DNA of 64,000 nt from Thainema sp. (GTDB lineage Bacteria > Cyanobacteriota > Cyanobacteriia > Phormidesmidales > Phormidesmidaceae), in the NCBI GenBank assembly GCA_052168235.1, contig JBQLZK010000001.1, positions 128,001 through 192,000 on the forward strand, read 5' to 3'. A program made the translations under genes and the position numbers. Shown here piece after piece: positions 21,130 through 32,217 of the stretch; position 1 is the first letter of the stretch; each line of letters opens with the position of its first letter. The notes under the pieces were generated by a model. The model made no database searches. It was not told the origin of the DNA and saw only the letters and a program-made list of their open reading frames with translations.

Positions 21130-21311
21130 GTTAGTTCATAGTTGATGGTTTGTAGTGGCTGATGGTTCATGGTTATAGCTTATTAGTTTGTAGAGCGGGT
21201 TGGCGACAAAACAGTACGTCTAAACTAATATAGATGCAGCCCAGAAACGCAGATCCCCTGCTCCCTCGTCCCTAACTCTGTATCTCTGTTAATCAGCAAC
21301 GAATTAAGCCT

Positions 21312-22484
21312 ATGCCCCTCAAACAGTCTGATATTTGGCAACAGCTCCAGGAGAAACGGGAACAGTTCAAACTTCACAATCAAGAAACGCTGAAGTATCT
21401 CCAGCAGTATCGCGCGGCGCTGCGGCATATCAGCAAGCTTTCCGCCAAAGAATGGAAACAGCGGGTGAATAGCCTGCCGCCGCTCAGTGGTGCGATTCCA
21501 ATTGAATCGTTTGTTGAAACAGAACAAGGTGCGATCGCACATCGCCTTACCTGGGGTAGTCGGGAAGAGAGCTTGGCCTGGGTGCGGGACAAAATTACCG
21601 GAGTGGCCACGTTTGCGGTGGATGGGTCGCAGATTTATCCCAGCAAGGATATTTCGCTGCTGGTAGCGCTAGTGCAGGTGGGCTGGTACGAGAACCTGCA
21701 TAAAGACGAGGGGGCGTATAGCAAAGATATTGAAGTGGAGGTGATGACGCCAATTGATCTAGCAGTTGAAGATCGGCGGGAGCTGATTGACCGGAAGGTA
21801 AATATGCGCCGCTTTCAGATGGAAACTGACTGTCTGGTGCGCTATATGGAAGCCCATGAAGGTGATGAAAACTGCCTGGTCTTCTTCGATGGTTCACTGG
21901 TGGCGACGTTCGCTGAAGCCTTTGACTTAAACAGTCAAAAGTTTTACGTCTCCTGTCTCACTCGCCTGCTCAATGCCAGTCAAACCTTTCGCGTTCCCCT
22001 GGTCGGCTATGTCGATACGTCCTACGCCCGCGACTTGACGACCATGCTTCAGCACATGGAGCAACTGCCCGATGTGGAATCAATTCACGACGCCCAGATT
22101 TTGAATACGGTTTTGAAAGACCGCTGGGGCGATCGCACTCCCTTATGCTTGTGCGATCGCAGCGGCATCCTGCGCGAATATGGCCACCAGCAGGATCAGA
22201 TTACGTTTACGTATCTCAAAACTAACCAAAGCTATCCCGCTCGTTTGGAACTGCCTGCCTGGATTTACAAAGCGGGACGCCTAGAACAGGTGATTGACTG
22301 GGTTCGCAGCGAAGTGGTCATTGGCGGTGGCTATCCCTATGTGATTGAAACCGCTGACCAAACCGCCGTTCTGCAAGCTGGCGATCGCAACGCGTTCTAC
22401 CGCATTCTGCAAGACTGGGCCGACACCGAGCAGTTGAATCTCCGCCTCTCGCGCAAGATGGTCAGCAAAGCCCGCCGCCGCTAA
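21312..22484 (+). CDS. nurA: NurA-family nuclease
   Basis: FAVDGSQ, FFDGSL, VGYVD and GYPYVIETADQ motifs of NurA RNase H-fold nucleases. Confidence 0.8.
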   Translation: MPLKQSDIWQQLQEKREQFKLHNQETLKYLQQYRAALRHISKLSAKEWKQRVNSLPPLSGAIPIESFVETEQGAIAHRLTWGSREESLAWVRDKITGVATFAVDGSQIYPSKDISLLVALVQVGWYENLHKDEGAYSKDIEVEVMTPIDLAVEDRRELIDRKVNMRRFQMETDCLVRYMEAHEGDENCLVFFDGSLVATFAEAFDLNSQKFYVSCLTRLLNASQTFRVPLVGYVDTSYARDLTTMLQHMEQLPDVESIHDAQILNTVLKDRWGDRTPLCLCDRSGILREYGHQQDQITFTYLKTNQSYPARLELPAWIYKAGRLEQVIDWVRSEVVIGGGYPYVIETADQTAVLQAGDRNAFYRILQDWADTEQLNLRLSRKMVSKARRR

Positions 22485-22492
22485 GTTCAATG

Positions 22493-22532
22493 AGTCGTTC
22501 CAGGTTTGGGCTGAGCCAAACCTAGAACGACT
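22493..22532. terminator. Near-perfect hairpin between convergent genes
   Basis: agtcgttccaggtttgggc-tga-gccaaacctagaacgact. Confidence 0.5.
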
Positions 22533-22543
22533 TCAACTGCTGC

Positions 22544-22765
22544 TTATGAGGCGAGGGAGCAGTTGGGAAATCGACCGGCTTGGCAGGCGCTGACAATCGC
22601 ATTGCGGCAGTGCAATGGACTTTCCCCCGTCTGCTGAGCCACTTCTTTCAGATTAATTAGCGGATGACTGCTTTCAGGCGCTTGCAGATAGAGATCGTAA
22701 GCAACTTCTAAGATGTCCTGATCAAGGGGGCGGACGTTGAGCGTTTTGGCAATGACGTTAAACAT
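22544..22765 (-). CDS. Small hypothetical protein, 73 aa
   Basis: Likely start ATG 22765 (MFNVIAKTLNVRPLDQDILEVAYDLY...); divergent from uvrB. Confidence 0.5.
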   Translation of the reverse strand: MFNVIAKTLNVRPLDQDILEVAYDLYLQAPESSHPLINLKEVAQQTGESPLHCRNAIVSACQAGRFPNCSLAS

Positions 22766-23018
22766 GGGAAGAATCTTAAAGAAATTTGGCTTAAAGGCGA
22801 TTGATTCCGTAAATATACAGAAGCCGCTCTTCGTTCCAAAATCTCCTAAAGATAGACCTAGTGGACGAGAACTCTTTCTCCTGATACATATCGGGCGATA
22901 GAAAACGGCATAGGGGAATCCGATACAGCCAAAGCCAGCTAGATTCGTCATCATAACTAAATGGGGTATTTTCCCCGTTGCTGTTCAAAAAACCGCTATA
23001 AAAACCAAACCTATACAT

Positions 23019-25037
23019 ATGGCTAACTTTTCCATCCAGGCCCCTTTTGAACCAATGGGCGATCAGCCAAGTGCGATCGCACAATTAACGGCTGGACTGC
23101 GCCAAAATCATCGCTATCAAACCCTGCTCGGTGCCACGGGTACGGGTAAGACGCATACGATTGCGCGGGTGATTGATCAGATTGGTAAGCCGACGCTGGT
23201 TTTGGCCCATAACAAAACTCTGGCGGCGCAGTTGTGCAACGAGCTGCGGGAGTTCTTTCCAGATAACGCAGTGGAGTACTTCATCAGCTATTACGACTAC
23301 TACCAGCCGGAAGCCTACATTCCGGTTACGGATACGTACATCGCCAAGACTGCGTCGATCAACGATGAAATCGACATGCTGCGCCACTCGGCAACGCGAT
23401 CGCTGTTTGAGCGCAAAGACGTAATCGTGGTGGCGTCGATTAGCTGTATTTACGGTTTGGGAATCCCGTCGGAGTATTTGAAGGCGTCGATTCCGCTCCA
23501 GGTGGGCATGGAGGTGAATCAGCGGCAGATTTTGCGCGACCTGGCTTCGGTGCAGTATGAGCGCAATGATTTGGACGTGGGCCGGGGTCGCTTCCGGGTC
23601 AAGGGCGACGTGCTGGAGATTGGCCCAGCCTACGAAGACCGGATTATCCGGGTCGAGTTTTTTGGCGATGAGATCGACGCGATTCGCTACATCGATCCGA
23701 TTACGGGCGAAACGCTACAGAGCATGGATGCGTTGAGTATCTATCCGGCGCGTCACTTTGTCACTCCCGATGAGCGGCTAGAAGAAGCCTGCAATGCCAT
23801 TCAGTTGGAACTGCGGGAGCGGCTGGAGGAACTGGAGCTAAACGGCAAACTGCTGGAAGCGCAGCGACTGGAACAGCGCACTCGCTACGATCTAGAAATG
23901 CTGCGGGAAGTGGGCTACTGCAACGGCGTGGAAAACTATGCCCGTCACCTGGCCGGACGCCTGCCCGGATCGCCGCCGGAGTGCTTAATTGATTATTTCC
24001 CCAGCAAAGACTGGCTGCTGGTGATCGATGAGTCTCACGTGACGGTGCCGCAGATTCGGGCCATGTATAACGGCGATCGCGCCCGCAAGACGGTGCTGAT
24101 TGATCATGGTTTCCGGTTGCCCAGTGCGGCAGATAACCGTCCGCTCAAGGCGGAAGAATTTTGGGAGAAAGTCAACCAGTGTATTTTTGTTTCCGCCACG
24201 CCCGGTGACTGGGAGATCCAGATATCTGAAGGACAGGTGGCTGAGCAGGTGATTCGTCCGACGGGTGTACTCGATCCGGAAATTTTCGTGCGTCCCACAG
24301 AGGGGCAAGTCGATGACCTACTCGGAGAAATCCAGGAGCGGGCGCAGCGGCAGGAGCGGACGCTGGTGACGACTCTGACCAAGCGCATGGCCGAGGATTT
24401 GACCGAGTATTTTGAAGAGCATGGGGTGCGGGTGCGCTATTTGCACTCGGAGATTCACTCAATCGAGCGGATTGAGATTATCCAAGATCTGCGAAACGGG
24501 GTGTTTGACGTGCTGATCGGCGTGAACCTGCTGCGGGAAGGATTGGATTTGCCGGAAGTCTCCCTCGTTGCCATTCTTGACGCCGATAAGGAAGGCTTCC
24601 TGCGGGCTGAGCGATCGCTGATTCAGACCATTGGCCGAGCGGCGCGACATGTGCGGGGACAAGCGGTACTGTACGCGGACAACCTGACCGACAGCATGGC
24701 TAAAGCCATTGGCGAAACCGAGCGGCGGCGACAAATCCAGATGGAGTACAACGAGAAGCACGGCATTACACCCCAGCCGATCGTCAAGAAACCGAAGAAC
24801 TCGATTCTGGCCTTCTTGGAAATCTCCCGCCGCTTGAACGCCGAAGAACTAGAGATTGCTTATGAAAACTCCTATGATCTGCCGCTGGAAGATATTCCCC
24901 AATTGATTACCCAGCTTGAAGCACAGATGAAAGAGGCCGCCAAGAATCTAGAATTTGAAGAGGCCGCCAAATATCGCGATCGCATCAAGCAACTGCGCGA
25001 TCGACTAACGGGCCGTGCGAGTCGATCGCAATCATAA
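23019..25037 (+). CDS. uvrB: Excinuclease ABC subunit B
   Basis: [38 protein letters not shown] and a C-terminal UVR domain. Confidence 0.98.
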   Translation: MANFSIQAPFEPMGDQPSAIAQLTAGLRQNHRYQTLLGATGTGKTHTIARVIDQIGKPTLVLAHNKTLAAQLCNELREFFPDNAVEYFISYYDYYQPEAYIPVTDTYIAKTASINDEIDMLRHSATRSLFERKDVIVVASISCIYGLGIPSEYLKASIPLQVGMEVNQRQILRDLASVQYERNDLDVGRGRFRVKGDVLEIGPAYEDRIIRVEFFGDEIDAIRYIDPITGETLQSMDALSIYPARHFVTPDERLEEACNAIQLELRERLEELELNGKLLEAQRLEQRTRYDLEMLREVGYCNGVENYARHLAGRLPGSPPECLIDYFPSKDWLLVIDESHVTVPQIRAMYNGDRARKTVLIDHGFRLPSAADNRPLKAEEFWEKVNQCIFVSATPGDWEIQISEGQVAEQVIRPTGVLDPEIFVRPTEGQVDDLLGEIQERAQRQERTLVTTLTKRMAEDLTEYFEEHGVRVRYLHSEIHSIERIEIIQDLRNGVFDVLIGVNLLREGLDLPEVSLVAILDADKEGFLRAERSLIQTIGRAARHVRGQAVLYADNLTDSMAKAIGETERRRQIQMEYNEKHGITPQPIVKKPKNSILAFLEISRRLNAEELEIAYENSYDLPLEDIPQLITQLEAQMKEAAKNLEFEEAAKYRDRIKQLRDRLTGRASRSQS

Positions 25038-25191
25038 TTGAGGGATTACTAATTTCAAGGATGGCTGTGTGTCAGGTAGCTGAATTCCCTGACACATCGT
25101 CATCCTCAGATGAAGCAACGCTGTGATAAATATGGACAGATGATGACTGTCGTGCAACTCGTCAGCAGCATGGCCAAACGGTGCCTTATTC

Positions 25192-26037
25192 ATGAGTTCG
25201 ACTTTAGTACGTTTTCTTGACCATCAATCTCGGCCTTTTCTGATCGGCCTGAGTGCTGCCTTATTCATTGCTATTAGCAGCATTGACTATTTTATTGTGA
25301 CGGCTGATCTGGGACTGTCCATCTTTTATGTTGCACCGATTTCGATTTTGGCCTGGTATGTCGGTCGCCGCAGTGCCTTTACCTTATCGATTATCAGCGC
25401 GATCGCATGGGGGCTAGCCGAATATCGCGCTAAAGAATATTACACTCTCCTATTCCCGATTTGGAATGCGGGCGTACGGCTCACCTTCTTTTGTTTGGTG
25501 AGCTATCTGATGGTGTCCTTGAGAGCGGCCTACGAGCGAGAGAAGCAGTTTGCCCGAATTGATGGCCTAACGCAGATTCTGAATCGCCGCTTTTTTATGG
25601 AGGTGCTGGAGCAGGAACTCCTGCGATCGCGCCGCTATCACTATCCGATTACCCTAGCTTATCTAGATCTGGATAACTTCAAAGCCGTCAACGATAAGCA
25701 GGGCCATCACATGGGCGATCAGCTTTTGCAGCAGGTTGCCCGCACCCTGACGGCCACCCTGCGAGATAGCGATCGCATTGCGCGGCTGGGCGGCGACGAG
25801 TTTGCTGTTTTGCTGCCCCATCTGGCCCCTCAAGAAGCAAAGATAGCGCTCAAGCGAATTCACGAACAGCTGCTGTATCAAGTTGAAGCGACCACTTGGG
25901 GCGTGGGCTTTAGTTTAGGAGCTGTGACCTGTCAAAGCTCTGCACCCTCGGTTCAAGACCTGCTGAACGAAGCCGACCGCCTCATGTATACCGTCAAAAA
26001 CGGCGGCAAAAATCAAGTTCGACACCAGGTCATTTAA
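25192..26037 (+). CDS. Membrane-bound diguanylate cyclase
   Basis: Four TM helices followed by DLDNFKAVND and RLGGDEF. Confidence 0.92.
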   Translation: MSSTLVRFLDHQSRPFLIGLSAALFIAISSIDYFIVTADLGLSIFYVAPISILAWYVGRRSAFTLSIISAIAWGLAEYRAKEYYTLLFPIWNAGVRLTFFCLVSYLMVSLRAAYEREKQFARIDGLTQILNRRFFMEVLEQELLRSRRYHYPITLAYLDLDNFKAVNDKQGHHMGDQLLQQVARTLTATLRDSDRIARLGGDEFAVLLPHLAPQEAKIALKRIHEQLLYQVEATTWGVGFSLGAVTCQSSAPSVQDLLNEADRLMYTVKNGGKNQVRHQVI

Positions 26038-26145
26038 ATTAAATCTGCCGATCAATCCGCCAAAACTGCATGAAGTCAGTCTGAATTCCTTTGGGTGAAG
26101 CGCAATATTATAATAGCGAAGCCGTCACGGTAATACGAAAACACT

Positions 26146-27360
26146 ATGGCTGCTCCTTATGCCTGGATTGAACAGTCCCTCAACACCATTCATCGCGCAA
26201 ACTGGCATCGCTCAGTTCAGACCATTGAAAGTCAGTCCGGGGCAGTCGTTCTGCTAGAAGGCACGCCACTGATCAATTTTGCTAGCAATGATTATTTAGG
26301 ACTCGCCAGCGACCCCCGCCTAGCCAAAGCTGCGATCGCAGCGATTAAAGAATATGGCACCAGCAGCACCGGGTCGCGCTTACTCAGCGGTCAGCGAGAA
26401 CTACATAGCCAGATCGAATTAGCCATCGCCCGTTTCAAACAAACCGAAGATGCGCTGGTTTTTAGTTCGGGCTATCTGGCCAACATCGGCACCATCACGG
26501 CTCTCGTCGATCATCGCGATTTGATTGTGTCGGATCAATACAACCACTCCAGCCTGCGCAATGGAGCGGCGATGAGTGGCGCAACGGTGGTGGACTATGC
26601 CCACTGTGACCTGACCGATTTAAAAACTCAGCTTGAAACGCACCGCGATCGCAGTCGCCGCTGCCTGATTATTACCGACAGCGTCTTTAGTATGGATGGC
26701 GATCTCTGTCCCCTGCCCGGAATCTTAGATTTGGCCGATCAGTTTGACTGCATGGTGCTGGTGGATGAGGCCCACGGCACGGGTGTTTTGGGCGAAACGG
26801 GCGCAGGCTGTGTAGAGCACTTTGGCTGTACCACCCGTCCGCTGATTCAAATCGGCACATTGAGCAAAGCAATGGGCAGTTTGGGCGGCTATGTTGCCGC
26901 GTCGGCGCAAGTAATTGACTGGCTGCGCAACCGTGCCCCTAGCTGGATTTACACCACAGCGCTCACTCCGGCAGATACTGCGGCAGCGTTGATGGGGTTG
27001 AAAATTGTCCAGGCCGAACCGGAACGGCGATCGCAACTGTGGAAAAATGTGCAGCAGTTTCAAATGGGATTAGATCAATTGTTCAAGGAAGAGGCCGCAC
27101 AGAATCCCGATGCGCCTCAGCGCATTCCGTCCGAGTCAGCTATTGTTGGTCTCCGAGTCAAAGATGCCGAGACGGTACTGAGTATCGGCCATCGGCTTAA
27201 GGATCACGGGATTTTTGCGGCGGCGGTGCGTCCTCCAACCGTACCCACCAGCCGTCTCCGTTTTACGCTGATGGCTACTCATACGCCGGAACACATCCGC
27301 TACTTGCTGGAGGCGATCGCATGTTTGACACAGATGACAAACGCCCAGCTCGCTCAGTAG
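26146..27360 (+). CDS. bioF: 8-amino-7-oxononanoate synthase
   Basis: [29 protein letters not shown] and RPPTVP motifs. Confidence 0.93.
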   Translation: MAAPYAWIEQSLNTIHRANWHRSVQTIESQSGAVVLLEGTPLINFASNDYLGLASDPRLAKAAIAAIKEYGTSSTGSRLLSGQRELHSQIELAIARFKQTEDALVFSSGYLANIGTITALVDHRDLIVSDQYNHSSLRNGAAMSGATVVDYAHCDLTDLKTQLETHRDRSRRCLIITDSVFSMDGDLCPLPGILDLADQFDCMVLVDEAHGTGVLGETGAGCVEHFGCTTRPLIQIGTLSKAMGSLGGYVAASAQVIDWLRNRAPSWIYTTALTPADTAAALMGLKIVQAEPERRSQLWKNVQQFQMGLDQLFKEEAAQNPDAPQRIPSESAIVGLRVKDAETVLSIGHRLKDHGIFAAAVRPPTVPTSRLRFTLMATHTPEHIRYLLEAIACLTQMTNAQLAQ

Positions 27361-27376
27361 GCCAAGATCAACGCCT

Positions 27377-27993
27377 ATGCCCTCTACGGTTGCCATCATC
27401 TTAGCGGCTGGAGCCTCAAGTCGGATGGGGCAGTGCAAAGCGCTTTTGCCCTGGCTCAACGGGTCTACCCTGCTGTCCTATCAGATTGCCCAGCTTCAGC
27501 AATCCGGTGTTCATCCGGTTGTCGTCCTGAGTCCTCAAACTACAGCAAACTGCGATCGCGTCTTAGCTCAATTCCAACGCAACGCTCAAAACCTGACATG
27601 CGTCGTCAATCCAGAGCCAGCACGCGGCAAAACAAGCTCCATTTTGACCGGACTCCACGCGATTCCAATCCCCTGGCACACCCTAATTGTTTCCGCCGTC
27701 GATCAGCCCCGTCCCGCCTGGTTCTACCAAACATTGCTCAATGCCCACCACCAGCACACTGCCCTAATCACCCTACCGACGTTCCAGGGACGCTCTGGGC
27801 ATCCCGTTTTATTTGATGCAACCTTGCAACCAGAGCTGGCACGTATCCAAGAAGACAGTCTCGGACTGCGCGCCGTTGTGCAAACCATGCCACCAACGTA
27901 CAAAAAATTGACCTGCAAAGTGCGATCGCGCTGGCTGATTTGAACACACCTGATATCTATCAACAGGCCCTCGAACAATTTCAATCGGCTTAG
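27377..27993 (+). pseudogene. MocA/MobA-like nucleotidyltransferase with a 1-nt frameshift near 27882 (real lesion or assembly error)
   Basis: ILAAGASSRMG, DQP and GHPVLF motifs; the conserved DLNTPDIY C-terminus lies in another frame ending at TAG 27993. Confidence 0.75.
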
Positions 27994-28012
27994 CACGCTG
28001 CATTCGGCTGCA

Positions 28013-28900
28013 TTAGTCAGTTGGCCGGAGGGAAAACTGCTGCTCTAGCTGGCGATAGTGGGGCACGTCAATAATTTGCTCAAAGTCATGAAACGAAATC
28101 GGTGTTTCCAAGCCCAGCGTTGTCTGATGCTGGTGCAAATGCTGGAAGCACTGCTGTAGAGCATGAGTGGCCGCAAACAGCCCCGCCAGCGGATGAACAA
28201 TAATCTTATAGCCTAACTCCTGGAGTTCCACTGGCGTCATCAGCGGCGTTTTGCTACCCTGAATCATATTGGCGAAGAGTGGAAAGTTGGGGAATGCAGT
28301 TGCGATCGCGCGTAACTCTTCAGCCGACTGGGGCGCTTCAATAAACAGCACGTCCGCCCCTGCGTCGATATACATCTGACCTCGATGAATCGCTTCGTCT
28401 AATCCCAACGGCGCACGGGCATCGGTTCGGGCAATCAGCACAAACTCGCTCTCGCCTCGCGCATGAACGGCGGCACGGATTTTCTGCACATGCTCAGCGA
28501 CTGGAATCACCCGCTTGCCCTCAAAGTGACCACACTTTTTCGGCCACTCCTGATCTTCCAAAATCATGCCCGCCATGCCAAACCGCAAACAGTCCTCCAC
28601 GGTGCGGATCACGTTGAGCGGATTGCCGTAGCCCGTATCCATATCGGCAATCAGAGGAATCTCAATCGCCGCTGCCATGTGTCCCACCGTTTCAATCATC
28701 TCTGTCGCCGTCACAAACCCATAGTCAGGCCGACCAAGCAGGGACGCCGCAATGCCAAAACCGCTAGTAAACACAGCTTCAAAACCCACCTGCTGAGCAA
28801 TCTTGGCGCTGAGGCAGTCATACACACCCGGTAGAACTATCGGTTCGGGACGCTGAAGCAGAGAACGAAACTGTTGAGCAGGAGTTGTAGAAGACGGCAT
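28013..28900 (-). CDS. Isocitrate lyase/PEP mutase family protein (PrpB-like)
   Basis: DMDTGYG, EDQEWPKKCGH and ARTDA motifs. Confidence 0.88.
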   Translation of the reverse strand: MPSSTTPAQQFRSLLQRPEPIVLPGVYDCLSAKIAQQVGFEAVFTSGFGIAASLLGRPDYGFVTATEMIETVGHMAAAIEIPLIADMDTGYGNPLNVIRTVEDCLRFGMAGMILEDQEWPKKCGHFEGKRVIPVAEHVQKIRAAVHARGESEFVLIARTDARAPLGLDEAIHRGQMYIDAGADVLFIEAPQSAEELRAIATAFPNFPLFANMIQGSKTPLMTPVELQELGYKIIVHPLAGLFAATHALQQCFQHLHQHQTTLGLETPISFHDFEQIIDVPHYRQLEQQFSLRPTD

Positions 28901-28962
28901 TTCTGATCAGTATGAGCTGCTAATAAAGTAGAGGAGTTGAGTAAGCAAGAAATCTTACTTAC

Positions 28963-29613
28963 TCAACTCAAATCGTATAAAGTCTTAAACCAAGTCACAA
29001 ATTTCTGAGCATTAGGATGCTTGGGATCTAAAATGCGCTCCATAACGGCCTGATGGAGTCGCCGTCCTGGAGACTTTTGCCAGGCCAGCCAAGTATAAAT
29101 GTTAGCTTTATCAAGTTTTTGTTCGGCCAGCTCTGCACCTTTGCGCTTTGCCTCCTGAACAGCCTCTTGAGCAAATCGCCAAAGTTCTTCATTGTCTGAG
29201 GGAATTAGATAGGCTAGAAAAGTTTCTAACATACCCCGCATTTGGTTATCCGGCATCATCCAAATACCAAATTTAATTTCATCAGATGTAGTGTGTATTA
29301 ATCCGTTTTCAGATAGATCTGTTGGAATATCTGGAATGCTTGTTGAAACTGCTTTTATAACACTTTGCCAACGTGCATCAGGATTTTCATCGGCATCAAT
29401 TATGATTCCAAGCGCAGAAAGTCCAGAGCCTTGTAACTCAGTTGCAATACTGTCCGGATCTATTAAGTTTGAATATCCGTCACAATCGCGAATATAAACA
29501 ATTGGATCTTTTTTAGTTCCCCAATCAATGCCGTTTGCCTCTATTAGTTCTGGGATTACAAATTTATCTTGTGCTCCTTCCACTAAAAGAACGTTTGAAT
29601 GCAACTCGGCCAT
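28963..29613 (-). CDS. DUF3226-like TOPRIM-type protein
   Basis: VLLVEGAQD and IIIDADE acidic motifs, GMLETFL; 3 nt downstream of the ATPase. Confidence 0.7.
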   Translation of the reverse strand: MAELHSNVLLVEGAQDKFVIPELIEANGIDWGTKKDPIVYIRDCDGYSNLIDPDSIATELQGSGLSALGIIIDADENPDARWQSVIKAVSTSIPDIPTDLSENGLIHTTSDEIKFGIWMMPDNQMRGMLETFLAYLIPSDNEELWRFAQEAVQEAKRKGAELAEQKLDKANIYTWLAWQKSPGRRLHQAVMERILDPKHPNAQKFVTWFKTLYDLS

Positions 29614-29616
29614 CTC

Positions 29617-30678
29617 TTACCGCACCTCAATCCCGCGTTCTGCTGCAATAGCAATTTGGCGTTCAGTAAAAACGACACTAGTTGGCTTGCCTTTTTCAAT
29701 CCTTTGAATCGTGATCCCTTCCTCACTGGGGTTTTCCGCATTCGCAATAGTCGCTAAACTTGTCCAACAATCGTTACTATGAGTTGTTGCGAAAACTTGA
29801 ACGTTGAGACGCTTTGCTGTTTTCCAGATCAGCTTCCACATGTCGGCCATTGCAGTGAAGTGTAACCCAGCGTCAATTTCATCAACTAGTAAAATTCCAT
29901 CTTTTGCATTGACGATTGCCAACGCAAGCCCTAAAATACGCCAAACACCATCACCCATACTGCCTAAAGGTATACGTTCATCGCTATCACTTAATCGTAA
30001 GACCAATCCACCTGATGCCTTTTTAGATATATATTGACTAGAACCAACTGATGCGATTCGCTCAATATGTGGCTCAATGATTTTCATGGCTTGAATGACT
30101 AAATCTTCTTCTGGTGTCAAGACAACTTGATCAAATAAATCCATCATTTCTTGAGTTGTAAGAAATGAAGTCTTCATGTATTGTGTTCTTTGTGTCAGGT
30201 CTTCTCTTCTTGCAGTGAAAGGAAATAATTCAGTGGATAGACCTCCAAAGCTAGACAAAGGAGAACCCATAGCCTCATTTGTTTTTCCAGATTTACTTAT
30301 ATTTACTTCTAATTCACTATCATTAAATCTATTTGAGCGTGTATTCTTTTCGATAGAGAAAGTAAGTTTTTGTTCTTCGTCATGGTTGAACCCAAATACT
30401 GAGAACTTGCTCCCTGCCTTAATCCTATGCTCACAGAAAAGATGGCGTATATCAATTTCTTGGCTTCTATCTTCAGGCATCCAGATATATTCACCACGAT
30501 TTAATGCTGTCTCCTTTAATGCTTCAAAAATATCTTGTGACGACAGCAGATATATAGCTTCTAGAATCGATGTTTTACCGCTGTTGTTCATACCAACAAG
30601 CAAATTGACTCTGCCAAGCTGCTGAAGCTCGAAAGTTTTGAAACAACGAAAATTTTCGATTCTTACTGATTTCAGCAT
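29617..30678 (-). CDS. ABC-type ATPase (AAA_15/AAA_21 family)
   Basis: IENFRCF, Walker A GMNNSGKT, signature-like MGDG, Walker B LLVDEID, H-loop TTHS. Confidence 0.88.
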   Translation of the reverse strand: MLKSVRIENFRCFKTFELQQLGRVNLLVGMNNSGKTSILEAIYLLSSQDIFEALKETALNRGEYIWMPEDRSQEIDIRHLFCEHRIKAGSKFSVFGFNHDEEQKLTFSIEKNTRSNRFNDSELEVNISKSGKTNEAMGSPLSSFGGLSTELFPFTARREDLTQRTQYMKTSFLTTQEMMDLFDQVVLTPEEDLVIQAMKIIEPHIERIASVGSSQYISKKASGGLVLRLSDSDERIPLGSMGDGVWRILGLALAIVNAKDGILLVDEIDAGLHFTAMADMWKLIWKTAKRLNVQVFATTHSNDCWTSLATIANAENPSEEGITIQRIEKGKPTSVVFTERQIAIAAERGIEVR

Positions 30679-30804
30679 AATTAACTAAAGCCGTGTCAAA
30701 TACAGCGTGTCTTATCAGAATAAGTGATATTTTGAGATGGATGGTGAAATCAGGAACTATTCTAAGATTGGCTGGCATAGCACATTTGTGGTTGTTGCTG
30801 ATGA

Positions 30805-31653
30805 CTACGCTATTGTGCGCGGATCAAGGGCATCGCGCAAGCCATCGCCGAGTAGATTAAAGGCCAGCACGATCAGGGTAATGGCTAAACCGGGAAACAG
30901 AATTGTCCAAGGCGACGATAGCGAATAGCCACCTTTAAACGCATCCGATAGCATTGTGCCCAGTTCTGGTGTTGGCGGTTGTGCGCCCAGCCCCAGAAAG
31001 CCCAAACCCGCAGCCTCTAGCGTGGCCGTCCCGATGGCCAGCGTCGCCTGCACCACCAGTGGCGAGAGGCTTGACGGCAAAATATGCACAAAGATAATTC
31101 GGCCCGGCGATGCGCCAAAGGATTTGACCGACTGGACAAAATTTTGCTCCCGCAGCGACAGCACCATACTGCGAGTGAGACGGATAAACTTGGGCAGTTG
31201 AATTGCGCTCACTGCCACCATGACGCTGCCTAAGCTCGGCCCCGTGACGGTGACAATTGCGATCGCAAGTAGAATCGACGGAAAGGCCAGCATGACATCG
31301 GTGATCCAGCCCACTAGGGTATCCCACCAGCCGCGAAAGTAACCCGCTAAAAGCCCCAGCAGGACACCAATCAGCAGCCCGATCAGCACTGAAATGACGC
31401 CAATAATCAATGAGGTTTGCAGACCATACCACACCTGCGTCAGCACATCGCGACCGAGTCCGTCTGTACCAAACCAGTGTTGCCAACTCGGCGATTGCAA
31501 ACGAGATGCGTAATCTCTTGCTGTAGACGGATCATAGGGGCGGAGCAGCGGAGCCAATAGCGCAAGTCCAATCAGCCAAATTGTAAGAACCAGGCCAATT
31601 CGACCTGAGGTTGACTGAAAGAAGCGCTGTTGCGATCGCGATTCAAACAACAT
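30805..31653 (-). CDS. Peptide/nickel ABC transporter permease (DppC/OppC)
   Basis: HWFGTDGLGRD, EAA-like loop and LGDGLRDALDPR. Confidence 0.92.
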   Translation of the reverse strand: MLFESRSQQRFFQSTSGRIGLVLTIWLIGLALLAPLLRPYDPSTARDYASRLQSPSWQHWFGTDGLGRDVLTQVWYGLQTSLIIGVISVLIGLLIGVLLGLLAGYFRGWWDTLVGWITDVMLAFPSILLAIAIVTVTGPSLGSVMVAVSAIQLPKFIRLTRSMVLSLREQNFVQSVKSFGASPGRIIFVHILPSSLSPLVVQATLAIGTATLEAAGLGFLGLGAQPPTPELGTMLSDAFKGGYSLSSPWTILFPGLAITLIVLAFNLLGDGLRDALDPRTIA

Positions 31654-31666
31654 ATAAAACCCAAAT

Positions 31667-31709
31667 GATATGTTGAGAGGGCTGGCTAAGCCAGCCCTCT
31701 CAACATATC
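31667..31709. repeat. Perfect palindrome (20-bp arms, TAA loop)
   Basis: gatatgttgagagggctggc-taa-gccagccctctcaacatatc between smpB and the permease. Confidence 0.75.
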
Positions 31710-31719
31710 CCGGATTGAT

Positions 31720-32187
31720 CTAATAATTCTTCATTGCCCGCTCGATTTCCCGATTGGCCTGCTTGCGCTTCAGAGATTCTCGCTTATCGTGCAGCTTCTT
31801 GCCTTTGGCCAGTCCCAGCAGCACCTTGATCCAGCCGCGCTTGAGATACATTTTCAGCGGCACGACCGTTAAACCCTTTTGCTCGGTTTTGCCGATTAGC
31901 TTGTTGATTTCATCACGATGCATCAGCAGCTTGCGATTGCGGCGCGGCTCGTGGTTAAATGCCTCGCTGGCACTCTTGTGGGGTGAAATATGCACATTGC
32001 TGAGCCACGCTTCGCCGTCCCGGATGTACGCATAGCCATCCTTTAGATTGACCCGCCCCGCCCGAATGGATTTTACTTCGGTGCCCAGCAGTTCAACCCC
32101 AGCTTCATAAGTTTCCAGAATTTCGTACTGAAAGCGGGCCTGCCGATTATCGGCAATGGTTTTAGATCCGCGACTCTGATCGGCCAT
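31720..32187 (-). CDS. smpB: SsrA-binding protein
   Basis: NRQARFQY, GTEVKSIR, RKLLMH and GKKLHDKR motifs. Confidence 0.97.
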   Translation of the reverse strand: MADQSRGSKTIADNRQARFQYEILETYEAGVELLGTEVKSIRAGRVNLKDGYAYIRDGEAWLSNVHISPHKSASEAFNHEPRRNRKLLMHRDEINKLIGKTEQKGLTVVPLKMYLKRGWIKVLLGLAKGKKLHDKRESLKRKQANREIERAMKNY

Positions 32188-32217
32188 GTTTGAATCGTCC
32201 TAAGGGATGCTCTACTA

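Noticed and set aside
21130..21195. Degenerate heptamer repeats, also near 12300-12330 and 13230-13260
   Set aside because: Ordinary STRR-like intergenic repeats of filamentous cyanobacteria; short and degenerate.
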